Shown here: positions 30,239-39,324 of the stretch, one piece after another
Layout of the letters: each line of letters starts with the position of its first letter
How positions within the stretch are numbered: position 1 is the stretch's first letter
Assembly (NCBI GenBank): GCA_044229975.1
Contig: JBGARZ010000011.1
Location: 32,001-96,000, forward strand
Source: Polyangiales bacterium
Lineage (GTDB): Bacteria > Myxococcota_A > Polyangia > Polyangiales > Ga0077539
DNA length: 64,000 nucleotides
Direction: 5' to 3'
Position numbers and translations under genes: made by a program
Notes under the pieces: generated by a model
Databases searched by the model: none
Seen by the model: the letters and a program-made list of their open reading frames with translations, nothing else
What the model was told of the DNA's origin: nothing

Positions 30239-30284
30239 CCCTTGCGACCCTGGCGCCCTTGCGGCCTCTTCTTCTCTCTTCACG
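30239..30284 (-). repeat. Right inverted-repeat arm of the GxxExxY cassette
   Basis: cccttgcgaccctggcgcccttgcggc plus ttcttctctcttcacg pair with 29596-29638 (3-nt indel). Confidence 0.9.
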
Positions 30285-30434
30285 TCGCTAGCCCTCCGCC
30301 GCCCCATGGCGCCACCGCCAGCAGCCATCGCAGCGCGCGTGCCACGCATTTTCATCGACAATCAATGCGTTCGCGGGGTGGCGGCGGGTGGCGGCGGGGT
30401 GGCGGCGGCGGGTGGCGATGCACCCGACCACCGC

Positions 30435-32048
30435 TCAGAACGTGTGCGTCCAGCGGCTCCCGGGGATGCGGTTTCCTGCGGCGTTGATGAAGTCCACCGT
30501 GAGCGCGCGCGTCGTCGGGTCGGCGCGCAGCAGCGTGTAGTTGTGGACGTTGTTGACGACCACGGGCCACTGCGAAGCGCGCAGCGAGGGCGGTCCATCA
30601 CGGTTGGCGCCAGCGGGGCCCATGATGACCTCCCAGATGTTGCTCCACGCGCCGGCCGCCTCGACGCGGCACACGCCGCCGAAATGCACATCGCCAGAGA
30701 GCCACACCACCCCGCGGAGGTTGTTGTTGGCGATGTGGTTCAGGATCTCCCGGCGCTGCGAGGCGTAGCCGTTCCAGTTGTCGCTGTCGGCGCCCGCGCG
30801 GTCGACGATGGGCACCGAGTTGACGATGAACTTGAACACACACGGCGAGCTACGCAGCCCCGCCTTCAACCAGTCCATCTGCGCGCGAGAGATGTACGTC
30901 GACGCGCGTGACGCATCCTCCGATCGCGTCGACGGGCGCCGCTCGCTGCGGCAGTCGAGGATGAAGAAGTCCGCGGTGCGCCCCCAGCGGAAGCTGCGCC
31001 AGATGCGGTCGGTGACCGTCGCGTTGCGGCGCGTGGCGCGGTGCTCGAAGAAGGCCTGCCTCGCCGCGGCGAGGCGGGAGGCGGGGAAGGTCTGGGGGTT
31101 CCAGTTGTTGAGCACCTCGTGGTCGTCCCAGGTGAGGTACATGCCGGTCGAGCGGTGCAGCGAGCGCATGCCCGCAGAGGCCCAGTTCTGCTCGTACTTG
31201 GCGCGGTACTGCGCGAGCGTGACGGCGTTGTCGCCGTAGTCCGTGTAGACGTGGTCGCCCGCGTGGATGAAGAAGTCGAGGTCGGTGCGCGAGCCCGCGT
31301 GCTGCAACACCGGAAACGGCCGGTTGGCCTGGTTGGAGCACGACGTCCCGGCGAAGACGATGGGGCTCAGCGCGTCGGCGGCGATGGCGGTCTGCACGCG
31401 CCCCACGAGGCTGCGCCCGGTGGGCCGGCCGACGGCGCCGACGAGGAAGGCGTAGAGGTGCTGCTTGTTGGGACGCAGCCCGTTGACGACGGTGCGGACG
31501 AAGCCCGCGCCCGACGGGGTGACGGCGCCGTCGAAGCGCACCGCCACGATGCGCGTGCCGTCCATCTCCAGCACGCGGAGCACCACCGGCCCGGTGCCGT
31601 CGAAGCGCGTCCAGAAGATCACCGACGAGTCCGTCGCGTCGCCCGCCATCACCCCGATGGGAAACTGCCCCGCCCGCTCGGGTAGCCCACGGAAGTCGGG
31701 GTTGGCCGGCGTCCCCGCGTCGCGCGGAACGTCTCGCGGAACGTCCGCCCCGACATCACGCGGCACATCGACGCGCGCATCCACCGAGGCGTCGCGACCG
31801 GCGTCGGTGCCCGCGTCGAAAGAGGCATCGGCGCCCGCGTCGACGGGGCTCGCGACGTCGGCGACGTCATCGTCGCTCGGGGCGTCTTCGTCGATGGCAG
31901 CGTCGAGGTCTTCGGGGTTGGCGTCGTAGGTCTCGTCGGGCCCGGCGTCCTCCTCGAAGGGGATGTCCTCCTCGGCCGTCTCGCCCGCGCAGCCCACCGC
32001 GGAGGCGGCCCCCGCGAGCTTGATGAACGTCCGTCGCGTGAGCTTCAT
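30435..32048 (-). CDS. phoD: Alkaline phosphatase D family, Tat-exported lipoprotein
   Basis: 'TRRTFIK' Tat motif plus 'AVGC'; 'GDHVYTD', 'WDDHEV', 'LDCRSER', 'DNWNGY', 'SGDVH'. Confidence 0.88.
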   Translation of the reverse strand: MKLTRRTFIKLAGAASAVGCAGETAEEDIPFEEDAGPDETYDANPEDLDAAIDEDAPSDDDVADVASPVDAGADASFDAGTDAGRDASVDARVDVPRDVGADVPRDVPRDAGTPANPDFRGLPERAGQFPIGVMAGDATDSSVIFWTRFDGTGPVVLRVLEMDGTRIVAVRFDGAVTPSGAGFVRTVVNGLRPNKQHLYAFLVGAVGRPTGRSLVGRVQTAIAADALSPIVFAGTSCSNQANRPFPVLQHAGSRTDLDFFIHAGDHVYTDYGDNAVTLAQYRAKYEQNWASAGMRSLHRSTGMYLTWDDHEVLNNWNPQTFPASRLAAARQAFFEHRATRRNATVTDRIWRSFRWGRTADFFILDCRSERRPSTRSEDASRASTYISRAQMDWLKAGLRSSPCVFKFIVNSVPIVDRAGADSDNWNGYASQRREILNHIANNNLRGVVWLSGDVHFGGVCRVEAAGAWSNIWEVIMGPAGANRDGPPSLRASQWPVVVNNVHNYTLLRADPTTRALTVDFINAAGNRIPGSRWTHTF

Positions 32049-32118
32049 CGCGTCGTCGATATCACGGCGCGAACGGCGCTCGCGATGGTCACCGCGCCCC
32101 CACCCGCGGCGGTCACTA

Positions 32119-33075
32119 CTACCGCTTCGGCGCCACCACCTCGACGTCGCAGCCCGCCGCGCGCAGCACCGTCGCCGCCTCCTCCGCGTAGCGCTCCGAC
32201 ACGTCCACCAGGAACTCCTTCGGCAGCGCCTCCAGCGTCGCCTTCGCTTCGTCCAGCCCGCACGCCATCACCTTGCGCAGCGCCTGCATCGCCGCCACGC
32301 GATCGCTCCCGATGCGCCAGAGGATGAGCCGAAACACCCCCGGCGCGATCACCGGCAGCCGCAGCAGCGCAAACGGGTCTTCCACCCCGCTGGGCGTCTC
32401 GGTGAGGCGCAGCGTGAGGTTCATCCCGCACGCGTCGGCAATGGCGCGCACCGCCGCAACGCCCTCCACGAGGTCGCCAAACACCACCGACAGGTGCCGC
32501 TGCCCCCAGAACCCGAGGTGCCACGCGGGCTTCACCACGGGGCGATCGTCGTACTCGGGGCGCGCGATGAGCGCGTCGAGTTCGGGGCGCACCAGCGCCT
32601 CGAAGGCTTCGAGCGCAGGCTCGATGCGCGGGTCGCCGTAGTTCATCCCGGCCGGGTACCAGGCGAACTCCACCGCGATCGGCTCGTGCGAGTGGTCGAG
32701 CTCCACCTCCACGCGCCCTCCCTTCGCATAGAACACCTCACCAAACACCGGCGGCATCGTGATCGTGTACGGCGAGTGCACCAACACCTGCCGCCCCAGC
32801 GCGACCGCCCTGGGCGCCTCCTTCGCGTACGAGGGCCACTCGTCCCCTCGCCCGTGCTTCGCCTCGCGCAGCCCGTGCTCCTTCACGAAGTCGTCGAGCG
32901 GCGCGGGGCTCTCCGTCTCCCACTCGTTGGCGCGGTGCCACGCGTCGTGCCCGTCGATCACCTGCTGCAACAGGCGCGCGACCTCCCCGGCGGTGGCCTC
33001 GTCGTCGAAGCGCCCGACGATGGTGTACGCGCCGCTGTTGTTGCTCGCGAAGGCCGTGAACCATCGAATCCGCAT
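32119..33075 (-). CDS. Hypothetical protein with C-terminal ribosomal protein L7/L12 CTD-like domain
   Basis: C-terminus 'FRLILWRIGSDRVAAMQALRKVMACGLDEAKATLEALPKEFLVDVSERYAEEAATVLRAAGCDVEV'; N-terminus 'MRIRWFTAFASNNSGAY'. Confidence 0.75.
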   Translation of the reverse strand: MRIRWFTAFASNNSGAYTIVGRFDDEATAGEVARLLQQVIDGHDAWHRANEWETESPAPLDDFVKEHGLREAKHGRGDEWPSYAKEAPRAVALGRQVLVHSPYTITMPPVFGEVFYAKGGRVEVELDHSHEPIAVEFAWYPAGMNYGDPRIEPALEAFEALVRPELDALIARPEYDDRPVVKPAWHLGFWGQRHLSVVFGDLVEGVAAVRAIADACGMNLTLRLTETPSGVEDPFALLRLPVIAPGVFRLILWRIGSDRVAAMQALRKVMACGLDEAKATLEALPKEFLVDVSERYAEEAATVLRAAGCDVEVVAPKR

Positions 33076-34094
33076 CAGATCACCGCCAGTGCGTGAGGGT
33101 GTCGCTCGCCGATTCCAAAGCCCGCCGTGCGTGCACAGCCGGGCTGCTCGGCCGGGGTCGCGAGGGCGTCTCGCTCGTCGCGCCAGACGCGCAGGAGGTC
33201 GTCGGCGTCGGCCACGGGAAACGAGCGGTGATGGAAGCTGCACGGGCTCACCCGACGCTCGCTCGTCACCACCACGAACTCCCTCCCCGCCTCGCACCGC
33301 CGCGCCCCGAAGAGCTGCGGAACCGCCTCCATCCGCTCGCCCCAGCACACGTCGAGCTTCAACGTCACGCGCCCGCCGAGCGCGCGAGAGAGCATGCGCA
33401 CCCGCCCCGCGAGCTCGTCGGACTGCGCCCGCGAGAGGTGCAGCGACGGGTCGTGCCCGTTGTACGAGAGCAGCAACACGTCACGACAACCGCGGGCGTG
33501 GAGGTCGAGCACGAAGCTCTCCACCATCGCCAATCGCGCAGGGGTGACCAGCCAGTTGACGCCGAAGCGCACCCGCGCCGCGACGAGGCGCGCGAGCACG
33601 GGGCAGTGGTCGACGTCGTCGTAGACCGAGACCCGCACCTGACCGACGTACGGCGCCAGCGCGGCGACGGCGGCGTCGGTGAGGAGCGTTCCGTTGGTGG
33701 TGAAGCTCACCGCGAGCGCGGTCTCTTCGTGGAGGCGACGCACCAGCGCGGCGAAGCCCTTGAAGGCCAGCGGTTCGCCGCCGCCGAAGGCGACTTCGAG
33801 GGTTCCGCGGGCGCTCAGGTCGCGCAGGAAGGTGAACGCGTCGTCGGCGCTCCAGCCGCTCGCCGCGGACACGTCGCGCGAGCAGAACGTGCACGCCAGG
33901 TTGCACGCGTTGGTGATGGCGAACTGCACCACCCGCGGCGCGCGCATCCGCAGCCCGACGGTCTCTGGGCCGTCGCAGATGGCGGTGAGACCGGTGCGCC
34001 GATCGAAGAGCAGCAGCGCGTCGTCGAGCGCGTACCGACGCATCCCCGCGAGCGCGGACGGGACCTCGACGTCGTCTTCATTCAACCGGTCCAT
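33075..34094 (-). CDS. Radical SAM protein with short Cys-containing (twitch/SPASM-like) tail
   Basis: 'ITNACNLACTFC' (CX3CX2C), 'GGGEPL', 'FTTNG', 'CEAG...PCSF...GC'; TGATG overlap with the downstream gene. Confidence 0.9.
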   Translation of the reverse strand: MDRLNEDDVEVPSALAGMRRYALDDALLLFDRRTGLTAICDGPETVGLRMRAPRVVQFAITNACNLACTFCSRDVSAASGWSADDAFTFLRDLSARGTLEVAFGGGEPLAFKGFAALVRRLHEETALAVSFTTNGTLLTDAAVAALAPYVGQVRVSVYDDVDHCPVLARLVAARVRFGVNWLVTPARLAMVESFVLDLHARGCRDVLLLSYNGHDPSLHLSRAQSDELAGRVRMLSRALGGRVTLKLDVCWGERMEAVPQLFGARRCEAGREFVVVTSERRVSPCSFHHRSFPVADADDLLRVWRDERDALATPAEQPGCARTAGFGIGERHPHALAVI

Positions 34095-34106
34095 GAGTTC
34101 GTCTCG

Positions 34107-34379
34107 CGCCCGGGCTGTTGGGTGAAACCCTTGGTCCGCAGGTTGAAACCTGCGGCAACGATGTGTCCAGTGAGGGAGTCCGCTGCAAGTCCGCACGCGG
34201 ACTGTGCTCGGGGTCTTGAATCTTCGAAGGTGCGGCGTGATCCCATCCAGAGTCTTGTCAGAGAGACGACGACTCGGAATGAAGTCCGCGTGCGGACTTG
34301 CAGCGGCCTCTCTCACTGGACACATCGTTGCCGCAGGTTTCAACCTGCGGACCAAGGGTTTCAACCAACAGCCCGGGCG
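34107..34379. repeat. REPIN/BIME-like element: 97-bp inverted arms with a 79-bp spacer
   Basis: 34107-34203 matches the reverse complement of 34283-34379 at 94/97; internal palindromes CCGCAGGTTGAAACCTGCGG and AGTCCGCACGCGGACT. Confidence 0.9.
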
Positions 34380-34382
34380 TTC

Positions 34383-35465
34383 TCACCAGAGCGCGTTCGC
34401 GAGCAGCCGATGGAAGTGGTGCACGCCCGTCTCCTTCGTCGGCGAGTACCGACCGCGTCGCGCGAGCATCGCCCGCATGCCCTGCTGCGAAGCGACCACC
34501 ACGGACTCGTCCTCCATCTCCACCTGATCGAGACCGCCGCCTGCGCCTTGCGCGCGCAGTGACGGGTCCCACGTCCACGCGCGGAAGAGCACCCGCGTCC
34601 GCAGCGGTCCGACCGGCTGAACCGCGTTGAGCGACAGCCCCCACGGGTAGAAGTTGAGCATCAGGTTGGGAAACACCCACGCATAGAACGCCGCCACCCG
34701 CGTCCCCTCGTCGGGGTGCCCCAGCGGGAGCGTGAAGGCGACCTCGTCGGGGCGGCGGGCGAAGGCGAGCTGGAGGGTTCCCCAGGGGGCGAGCTCGGTG
34801 CGGTAGTCGTCGTAGCCGATGGCGTCGTCGAGCGCGGGATGCACGAAGGGGATGTGCAACCCCTCCAGGTAGTTGTCGCAATAGAGCATCCAGTTGGCGT
34901 CGAACTCGTAGTCGCGATCGGTGTCCGTCGAGCGCACCAGGCGGTCGAGCGCGAGCGACCCGACGCGCGCATCGATCTGCGCGAGCACGGCCGCGAGCGG
35001 CGCCATCGGGCGCAACGAGACGAAGTCCAACGGCCCCCAACGATCGAGCGAAACAGCCGCGAGGTCATCGTCGACAGAAGGGAAGTCCGCGGCACCGACG
35101 AACTCGGGCATGGAGCGGAAGCGCCCGTCGTGGCCGAAACGACGGCCGTGGTAGCGGCAGCGCAGCGACGACGTGTTGGCCGCGCAGGTGACCACCGGGT
35201 GCCCGCGGTGGGTGCACACGTTGGACAGCGCCCGCACGACGCCACCAGTGCGAGTCATCGCGAGCGGCTCATCGAGGCAGCCGGGGAGCAGCGTGAAGGG
35301 AGCGGCGTCGCCGTCGCGGGTCACGGTGGAGGCTTCGGGACACCACTGCCAGCTCGGCGCAAACACACGCTCGCGCTGCCGGGCGAATAGCTCGGCGTCG
35401 CCATAGGCCGCCGGGGGAAGCGAGCGCGCGCGTCGAATGTCGGGGTCGATGTCGAAGGGCTCCAT
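34383..35465 (-). CDS. Rieske non-heme iron oxygenase alpha subunit (choline monooxygenase-like)
   Basis: 'NVCTHRG...CRYHG' Rieske motif; 'NYLEGLHIPFVH'; 'EDESVV...QQG'. Confidence 0.9.
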   Translation of the reverse strand: MEPFDIDPDIRRARSLPPAAYGDAELFARQRERVFAPSWQWCPEASTVTRDGDAAPFTLLPGCLDEPLAMTRTGGVVRALSNVCTHRGHPVVTCAANTSSLRCRYHGRRFGHDGRFRSMPEFVGAADFPSVDDDLAAVSLDRWGPLDFVSLRPMAPLAAVLAQIDARVGSLALDRLVRSTDTDRDYEFDANWMLYCDNYLEGLHIPFVHPALDDAIGYDDYRTELAPWGTLQLAFARRPDEVAFTLPLGHPDEGTRVAAFYAWVFPNLMLNFYPWGLSLNAVQPVGPLRTRVLFRAWTWDPSLRAQGAGGGLDQVEMEDESVVVASQQGMRAMLARRGRYSPTKETGVHHFHRLLANALW

Positions 35466-35656
35466 GGCGAGAGCGAGACGGTGCCACAGGTCGGGCGTAG
35501 CATCGCGACCCGTCTGGGAACTCGGCTCGCACCGGGAGGCCTCCTGTCGCTGGCGCTCGGATGCACGGAGGCCGCGACGACCACCGACGCCGCCGTCTCA
35601 TGGCCGACCTCACCGCGACCGAGCTGCGCGCCCGACCACAAGCAGCCGCCTGTGCG

Positions 35657-35877
35657 CCGCACACCCGATCGGCGACGTCGAAGAGCATCGCCGCGAGCCG
35701 ACCGAAGCCGCGGGCCGTGATGCGCTGCCCCGCGGTCTCGTCGAGCTCATGGGCGTCGAAGCCCGCCGACACGAGGATGACATCGGGCGCAAACGCTTCG
35801 AGCACCGGAACCGTCACGCGTTGATGCAGCCGTAGCAGGTCGTCGTCGGTCGCCTCGTGGGCGAGCGGGAGGTTGAC
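35657..35877 (-). pseudogene. Histone deacetylase family remnant
   Basis: 'VNLPLAHEATDDDLL...PVLEAFAPDVILVSAGFDAHELD'; the N-terminal HH/DxH region and the C-terminal EGGY are absent. Confidence 0.7.
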
Positions 35878-35981
35878 GGGAGTGACCCACGACAACCCTC
35901 GGCGCGGTCGATGACATGACCCGCGAGTGTAGCGTCGCGTTCGCGTGTACACAGCGGGTCCTTCTCGCGATGCATCCCCTC

Positions 35982-37556
35982 ATGCGCCCCACGGTTCTCC
36001 TCGCCGCGTCGATCGCCGCGTGCGCTGGTCGCGCGCCGCCTCCCTCGGCCGCTCCCGCTGTCCCCGTCGTCGCCATCGTCGATGCCTCGGTCGACGTCGC
36101 TCCTGCCATCGACGTCGCACCCGCCCTCGATGTCGCCACCGGCGATGCAGGCGTGATCGCCGACCGGCCCGCCTTCGTCGCGGCCGACGCGCCGCCGTCG
36201 CGCTTCGTCGGAGAGACCGTCACCGCGCTCGCGCCGATGGTCGCGGTCTACTTCGAGCCGCGCATCGCCGACGACTGGCGCGGCTACCTCCGCGCAGGCG
36301 GAACGGCCCGCATCATCGCCGGTCCGCTCGGAAACGAAGGCTGCCCCGAGCGCGCCGACCGCCGCGACACCGGCTGGTACCAGGTCGAGGGCGACGGCTA
36401 CGTCTGCGCGTCGCGCGGCCTCGTGCTGACCCGCCACCTCACACCCGCGATGCGCGCGGCGCTGCCCGGCGCGCCCAACCTCGACGCCGGTCTGCCCTAC
36501 CGCTACGCGACCTCCCCGCACGCGGCCGTGGTCTATCGCGCGTTGCCCACCGTCGCCGACGAGCAGCTCGCGGAGCCCACGCGCGCGGGTCTCCCCGCAC
36601 CACCGCCCGCCCCGGGCAGCGACCGCGCCCCGACGCTGGAGACGCTCGCGGGCGCCGAAGGAACCCCCGTCCTCCGACGCATGCTGCGCGGGATGTACGT
36701 CGCCGTGGAGCGGGCGACGCGCGCCGGTTCGGGCGCGAGCTACTGGCACGCGCGCGGCGGCGGGTACGTCCGCACCGACGCGCTCGCGGTGGTGGCGCCG
36801 ATGCCGTTGCACGGGGTTCGGCTGTCGGCGGAGGTGACGCTGCCCATCGCGCTGGTCTCCGTCGATCGCACCAACGTGCGCCGACTCGGAACCGACGGCG
36901 TCATGTACCAGCTCCCCCGCGTCGCCCGGCTCACGGCCTTCCCCGTCGCTTCGACCGACGTGATGCAATGGCGCACCGAGGACTTCCTCCCGACGCGCGA
37001 CGGTCGCTACCTGCGCCGCGCCGACGTCACCGTGGTGACCCTGCAAGCCCCGCCGAGCGACCTCCTGCCGGGCGAGCGCTGGATCGACGTCAACCTCGAT
37101 CGCCAGTCACTCGTCGCCTACGAGGGAGCGACTCCGGTGTTCGCGACGCTGGTCTCGACGGGCATCCCCTCGCCCGACCACCCGGCCAGCGACTACGAGA
37201 CCGTGCAGGGAGGTTTCCGTCTGTTGCACAAGCACATCACGACCACCATGGACGGCAACGCGTCGGCGGGGGCGTACTCGATCGAGGATGTTCCGTGGGC
37301 GATGTACTTCGAGCAGAGCTTCGCGCTGCACGGGGCGTACTGGCACGGCGGCTTCGGGGCGGTGCGCTCGCACGGCTGCGTCAACCTCGCGCCCGACGAC
37401 GCGCGCTACCTCTTCGGGTGGACGACGCCGAGCATCCCCGCCGGGTGGCACGCGGCCTTCGCCACCGCGAGCGACCCCGGGACGCGGGTGTACGTGCACT
37501 ATGACCGCCAGCACCTGGGCGAAGCAGGCGGGCCCTCCCTGGTGCCAGGGCACTGA
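35982..37556 (+). CDS. L,D-transpeptidase (YkuD domain) lipoprotein
   Basis: 'WIDVNLDRQSLVAYEG', 'ALHGAYWH...SHGCVNL'; lipobox 'IAAC'. Confidence 0.9.
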   Translation: MRPTVLLAASIAACAGRAPPPSAAPAVPVVAIVDASVDVAPAIDVAPALDVATGDAGVIADRPAFVAADAPPSRFVGETVTALAPMVAVYFEPRIADDWRGYLRAGGTARIIAGPLGNEGCPERADRRDTGWYQVEGDGYVCASRGLVLTRHLTPAMRAALPGAPNLDAGLPYRYATSPHAAVVYRALPTVADEQLAEPTRAGLPAPPPAPGSDRAPTLETLAGAEGTPVLRRMLRGMYVAVERATRAGSGASYWHARGGGYVRTDALAVVAPMPLHGVRLSAEVTLPIALVSVDRTNVRRLGTDGVMYQLPRVARLTAFPVASTDVMQWRTEDFLPTRDGRYLRRADVTVVTLQAPPSDLLPGERWIDVNLDRQSLVAYEGATPVFATLVSTGIPSPDHPASDYETVQGGFRLLHKHITTTMDGNASAGAYSIEDVPWAMYFEQSFALHGAYWHGGFGAVRSHGCVNLAPDDARYLFGWTTPSIPAGWHAAFATASDPGTRVYVHYDRQHLGEAGGPSLVPGH

Positions 37557-37575
37557 GCGCACGACCCGTTCGGCC

Positions 37576-39324
37576 CTACGCGACGCTCGGAACCTCCAAC
37601 CCCTGGAGCAACCCCCGCGCGGCCGGGTGTTGCTTCAACTGCGCCTTCGCGGTCTCGCCGTCCTGGTGCAGCGCCTTGAGCAGCTCGGAGATCTCCGCGC
37701 CCGTGGTGACCGCCCGCCGCTGGAGCTTCTGCGCCGTCACCTGCGTCTCGTTTTCCAGCGCGTCGAGGGTGGCCTGCACCGCCTGCCGCCGCTCCTCCAG
37801 CGAGGCCAGCGCCCGTGCCTGCGCCGCGCGCCCGGTGGTCACCGCGTCGAGCGCCGACCGCAGTCCCCGCCAGCGCGCCGACACGCGACCGAGCTCTTCC
37901 AACTGCGCCGCGCGCTCCAGCGTGATGAGCCGCGGGTTGCTCGGAACCGTCCCCGCCGAGTCCCACGCCAGCGCCAGCTCTTGCAGCACCTCGACCTCGT
38001 CGCGCCGCGCGTCGCGCTCGCGGGCCTCCAGCGCCGCGGCTTTCGCGGTCGCGGCCTCACGCTCCACCGCGAGCTGACGCAGCTCGATCATCTGCTCCTC
38101 GCGCTCGCGGTCGTGTCGACGCTGCCGCTCGGTGAGCTCGAACATCAACCCCCGGCGGTCGTCTTCGAGGGTGCGGAGACGGTCGACGTTGGTGTTGAAG
38201 CGCTCCAGCAATTCGCGCAGCGCATCGGGGGTGTCGCCCTTCGGAAACGCCGCCTGGGCCGCCGTCTCGAAGGTCACGCCCTGGTGCCGCAGCGTCGGGA
38301 TGGAGGCGGGCGGCGCCGAGCCGCGGCCCGAGTTGATCGTCGCGGTGCTGTTCGGGTCGAGGGGCCCCGGCCGCGAGGTGCGACCCTCGGGGGCGAGCTG
38401 GGTGTTCTCCTCGGCGAGGATCTTCGCCAGCACGTCGATGACGTCCGTCGCGCTGCCCGGACGGTCCTTCGGCAGCTTCTGCATGAGCGAGAGCACGAGC
38501 GAGTCGAGGGCCTCCGGGGCCGACGGCAGGCGCGAGCGCACGGTGGGCGGCGCCGAGTGCGCGTGCTGCGCGATGAGCTGGTTGACGCCGCCCTCGAAGG
38601 GGAGCGTCCCGGTGATCATCTCGAAGAGCAGGACACCGAGGGCGTAGAGGTCGCTCGACGGGCTGCACTCCTGGCCGCGCGCGAGCTCCGAGGCGAGGTA
38701 CTCCGGCGTGCCGAAGACCTCGCCCGGCATGGTGAGCCGCGCCTCGCCGCGAATATGAACGATCCCGAAATCGAGCACCTTCACGCGCACGTCGCCGGCG
38801 GCGTCGCGGGCGAGGAAGATGTTCTCGGGCTTCACGTCGCGGTGCACGACGCCGAGGGCGTGGGCGCGGGCGAGCGCGTGGCAGACCGGGATGGCGATGT
38901 CGATGGCGTGGCGCACGTCGAGCGGCCCCGTGCGCATCAGGTCGGCGAGGCTCTGCCCTTCGAGAAACTCCATCACCAGGAAGACGCGGTTGCCCTCCTC
39001 GGCGACGTCCCAGATGTCGACGATGTTGGGGTGGCGCAGGAGGTTGGTGGCCTGGGCCTCGCGCACGAAGCGCTCACGCATCACCGGGTCGCGGGTGAGC
39101 TCCGGCGAGAGCAGCTTCAGCGCCACGTCGTGCCGCAGGATGACGTGCCGCGCGCGGTACACCTGCCCCATGCCGCCCGCGCCCACGCGGCGGAGGATCT
39201 TGTACCGCGACGCGAGGGTGCGACCGAGCATCGGGTCGGGCCGTGCGTCCAGGGCCTGCCCGTCGTCGGCGCAGTGCGTGGCGGTGTCGTCGTAGGGCGC
39301 GTTGCAGACGGGGCAGTGCTTCAT
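37576..39324 (-). CDS. Cytoplasmic Ser/Thr kinase with N-terminal zinc ribbon and C-terminal coiled coil
   Basis: 'MKHCPVC...HCADDG', 'GAGGMGQVY', 'HRDVKPENIF', 'DFG'; heptad-rich C-terminus; no TM. Confidence 0.93.
   Translation of the reverse strand: MKHCPVCNAPYDDTATHCADDGQALDARPDPMLGRTLASRYKILRRVGAGGMGQVYRARHVILRHDVALKLLSPELTRDPVMRERFVREAQATNLLRHPNIVDIWDVAEEGNRVFLVMEFLEGQSLADLMRTGPLDVRHAIDIAIPVCHALARAHALGVVHRDVKPENIFLARDAAGDVRVKVLDFGIVHIRGEARLTMPGEVFGTPEYLASELARGQECSPSSDLYALGVLLFEMITGTLPFEGGVNQLIAQHAHSAPPTVRSRLPSAPEALDSLVLSLMQKLPKDRPGSATDVIDVLAKILAEENTQLAPEGRTSRPGPLDPNSTATINSGRGSAPPASIPTLRHQGVTFETAAQAAFPKGDTPDALRELLERFNTNVDRLRTLEDDRRGLMFELTERQRRHDREREEQMIELRQLAVEREAATAKAAALEARERDARRDEVEVLQELALAWDSAGTVPSNPRLITLERAAQLEELGRVSARWRGLRSALDAVTTGRAAQARALASLEERRQAVQATLDALENETQVTAQKLQRRAVTTGAEISELLKALHQDGETAKAQLKQHPAARGLLQGLEVPSVA

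Noticed and set aside
29596..30284. Repeats as a CRISPR array
   Set aside because: No repeat-spacer periodicity and no cas genes; the repeats are inverted or directly tandem
30375..30417. G-rich tandem (GGGTGGCGGC)n with four G3 tracts, possible G-quadruplex
   Set aside because: Short and expected by chance at this GC content; no independent support
32119..32330. Call as rplL (true ribosomal L7/L12)
   Set aside because: Only a divergent CTD fused to a ~250-aa unrelated region; no rplJ/rpoB context
34095..34364. N-terminal 90-aa extension of the radical SAM ORF in the ORF track
   Set aside because: It is a translation of the palindromic element; ATG 34094 is the more plausible start
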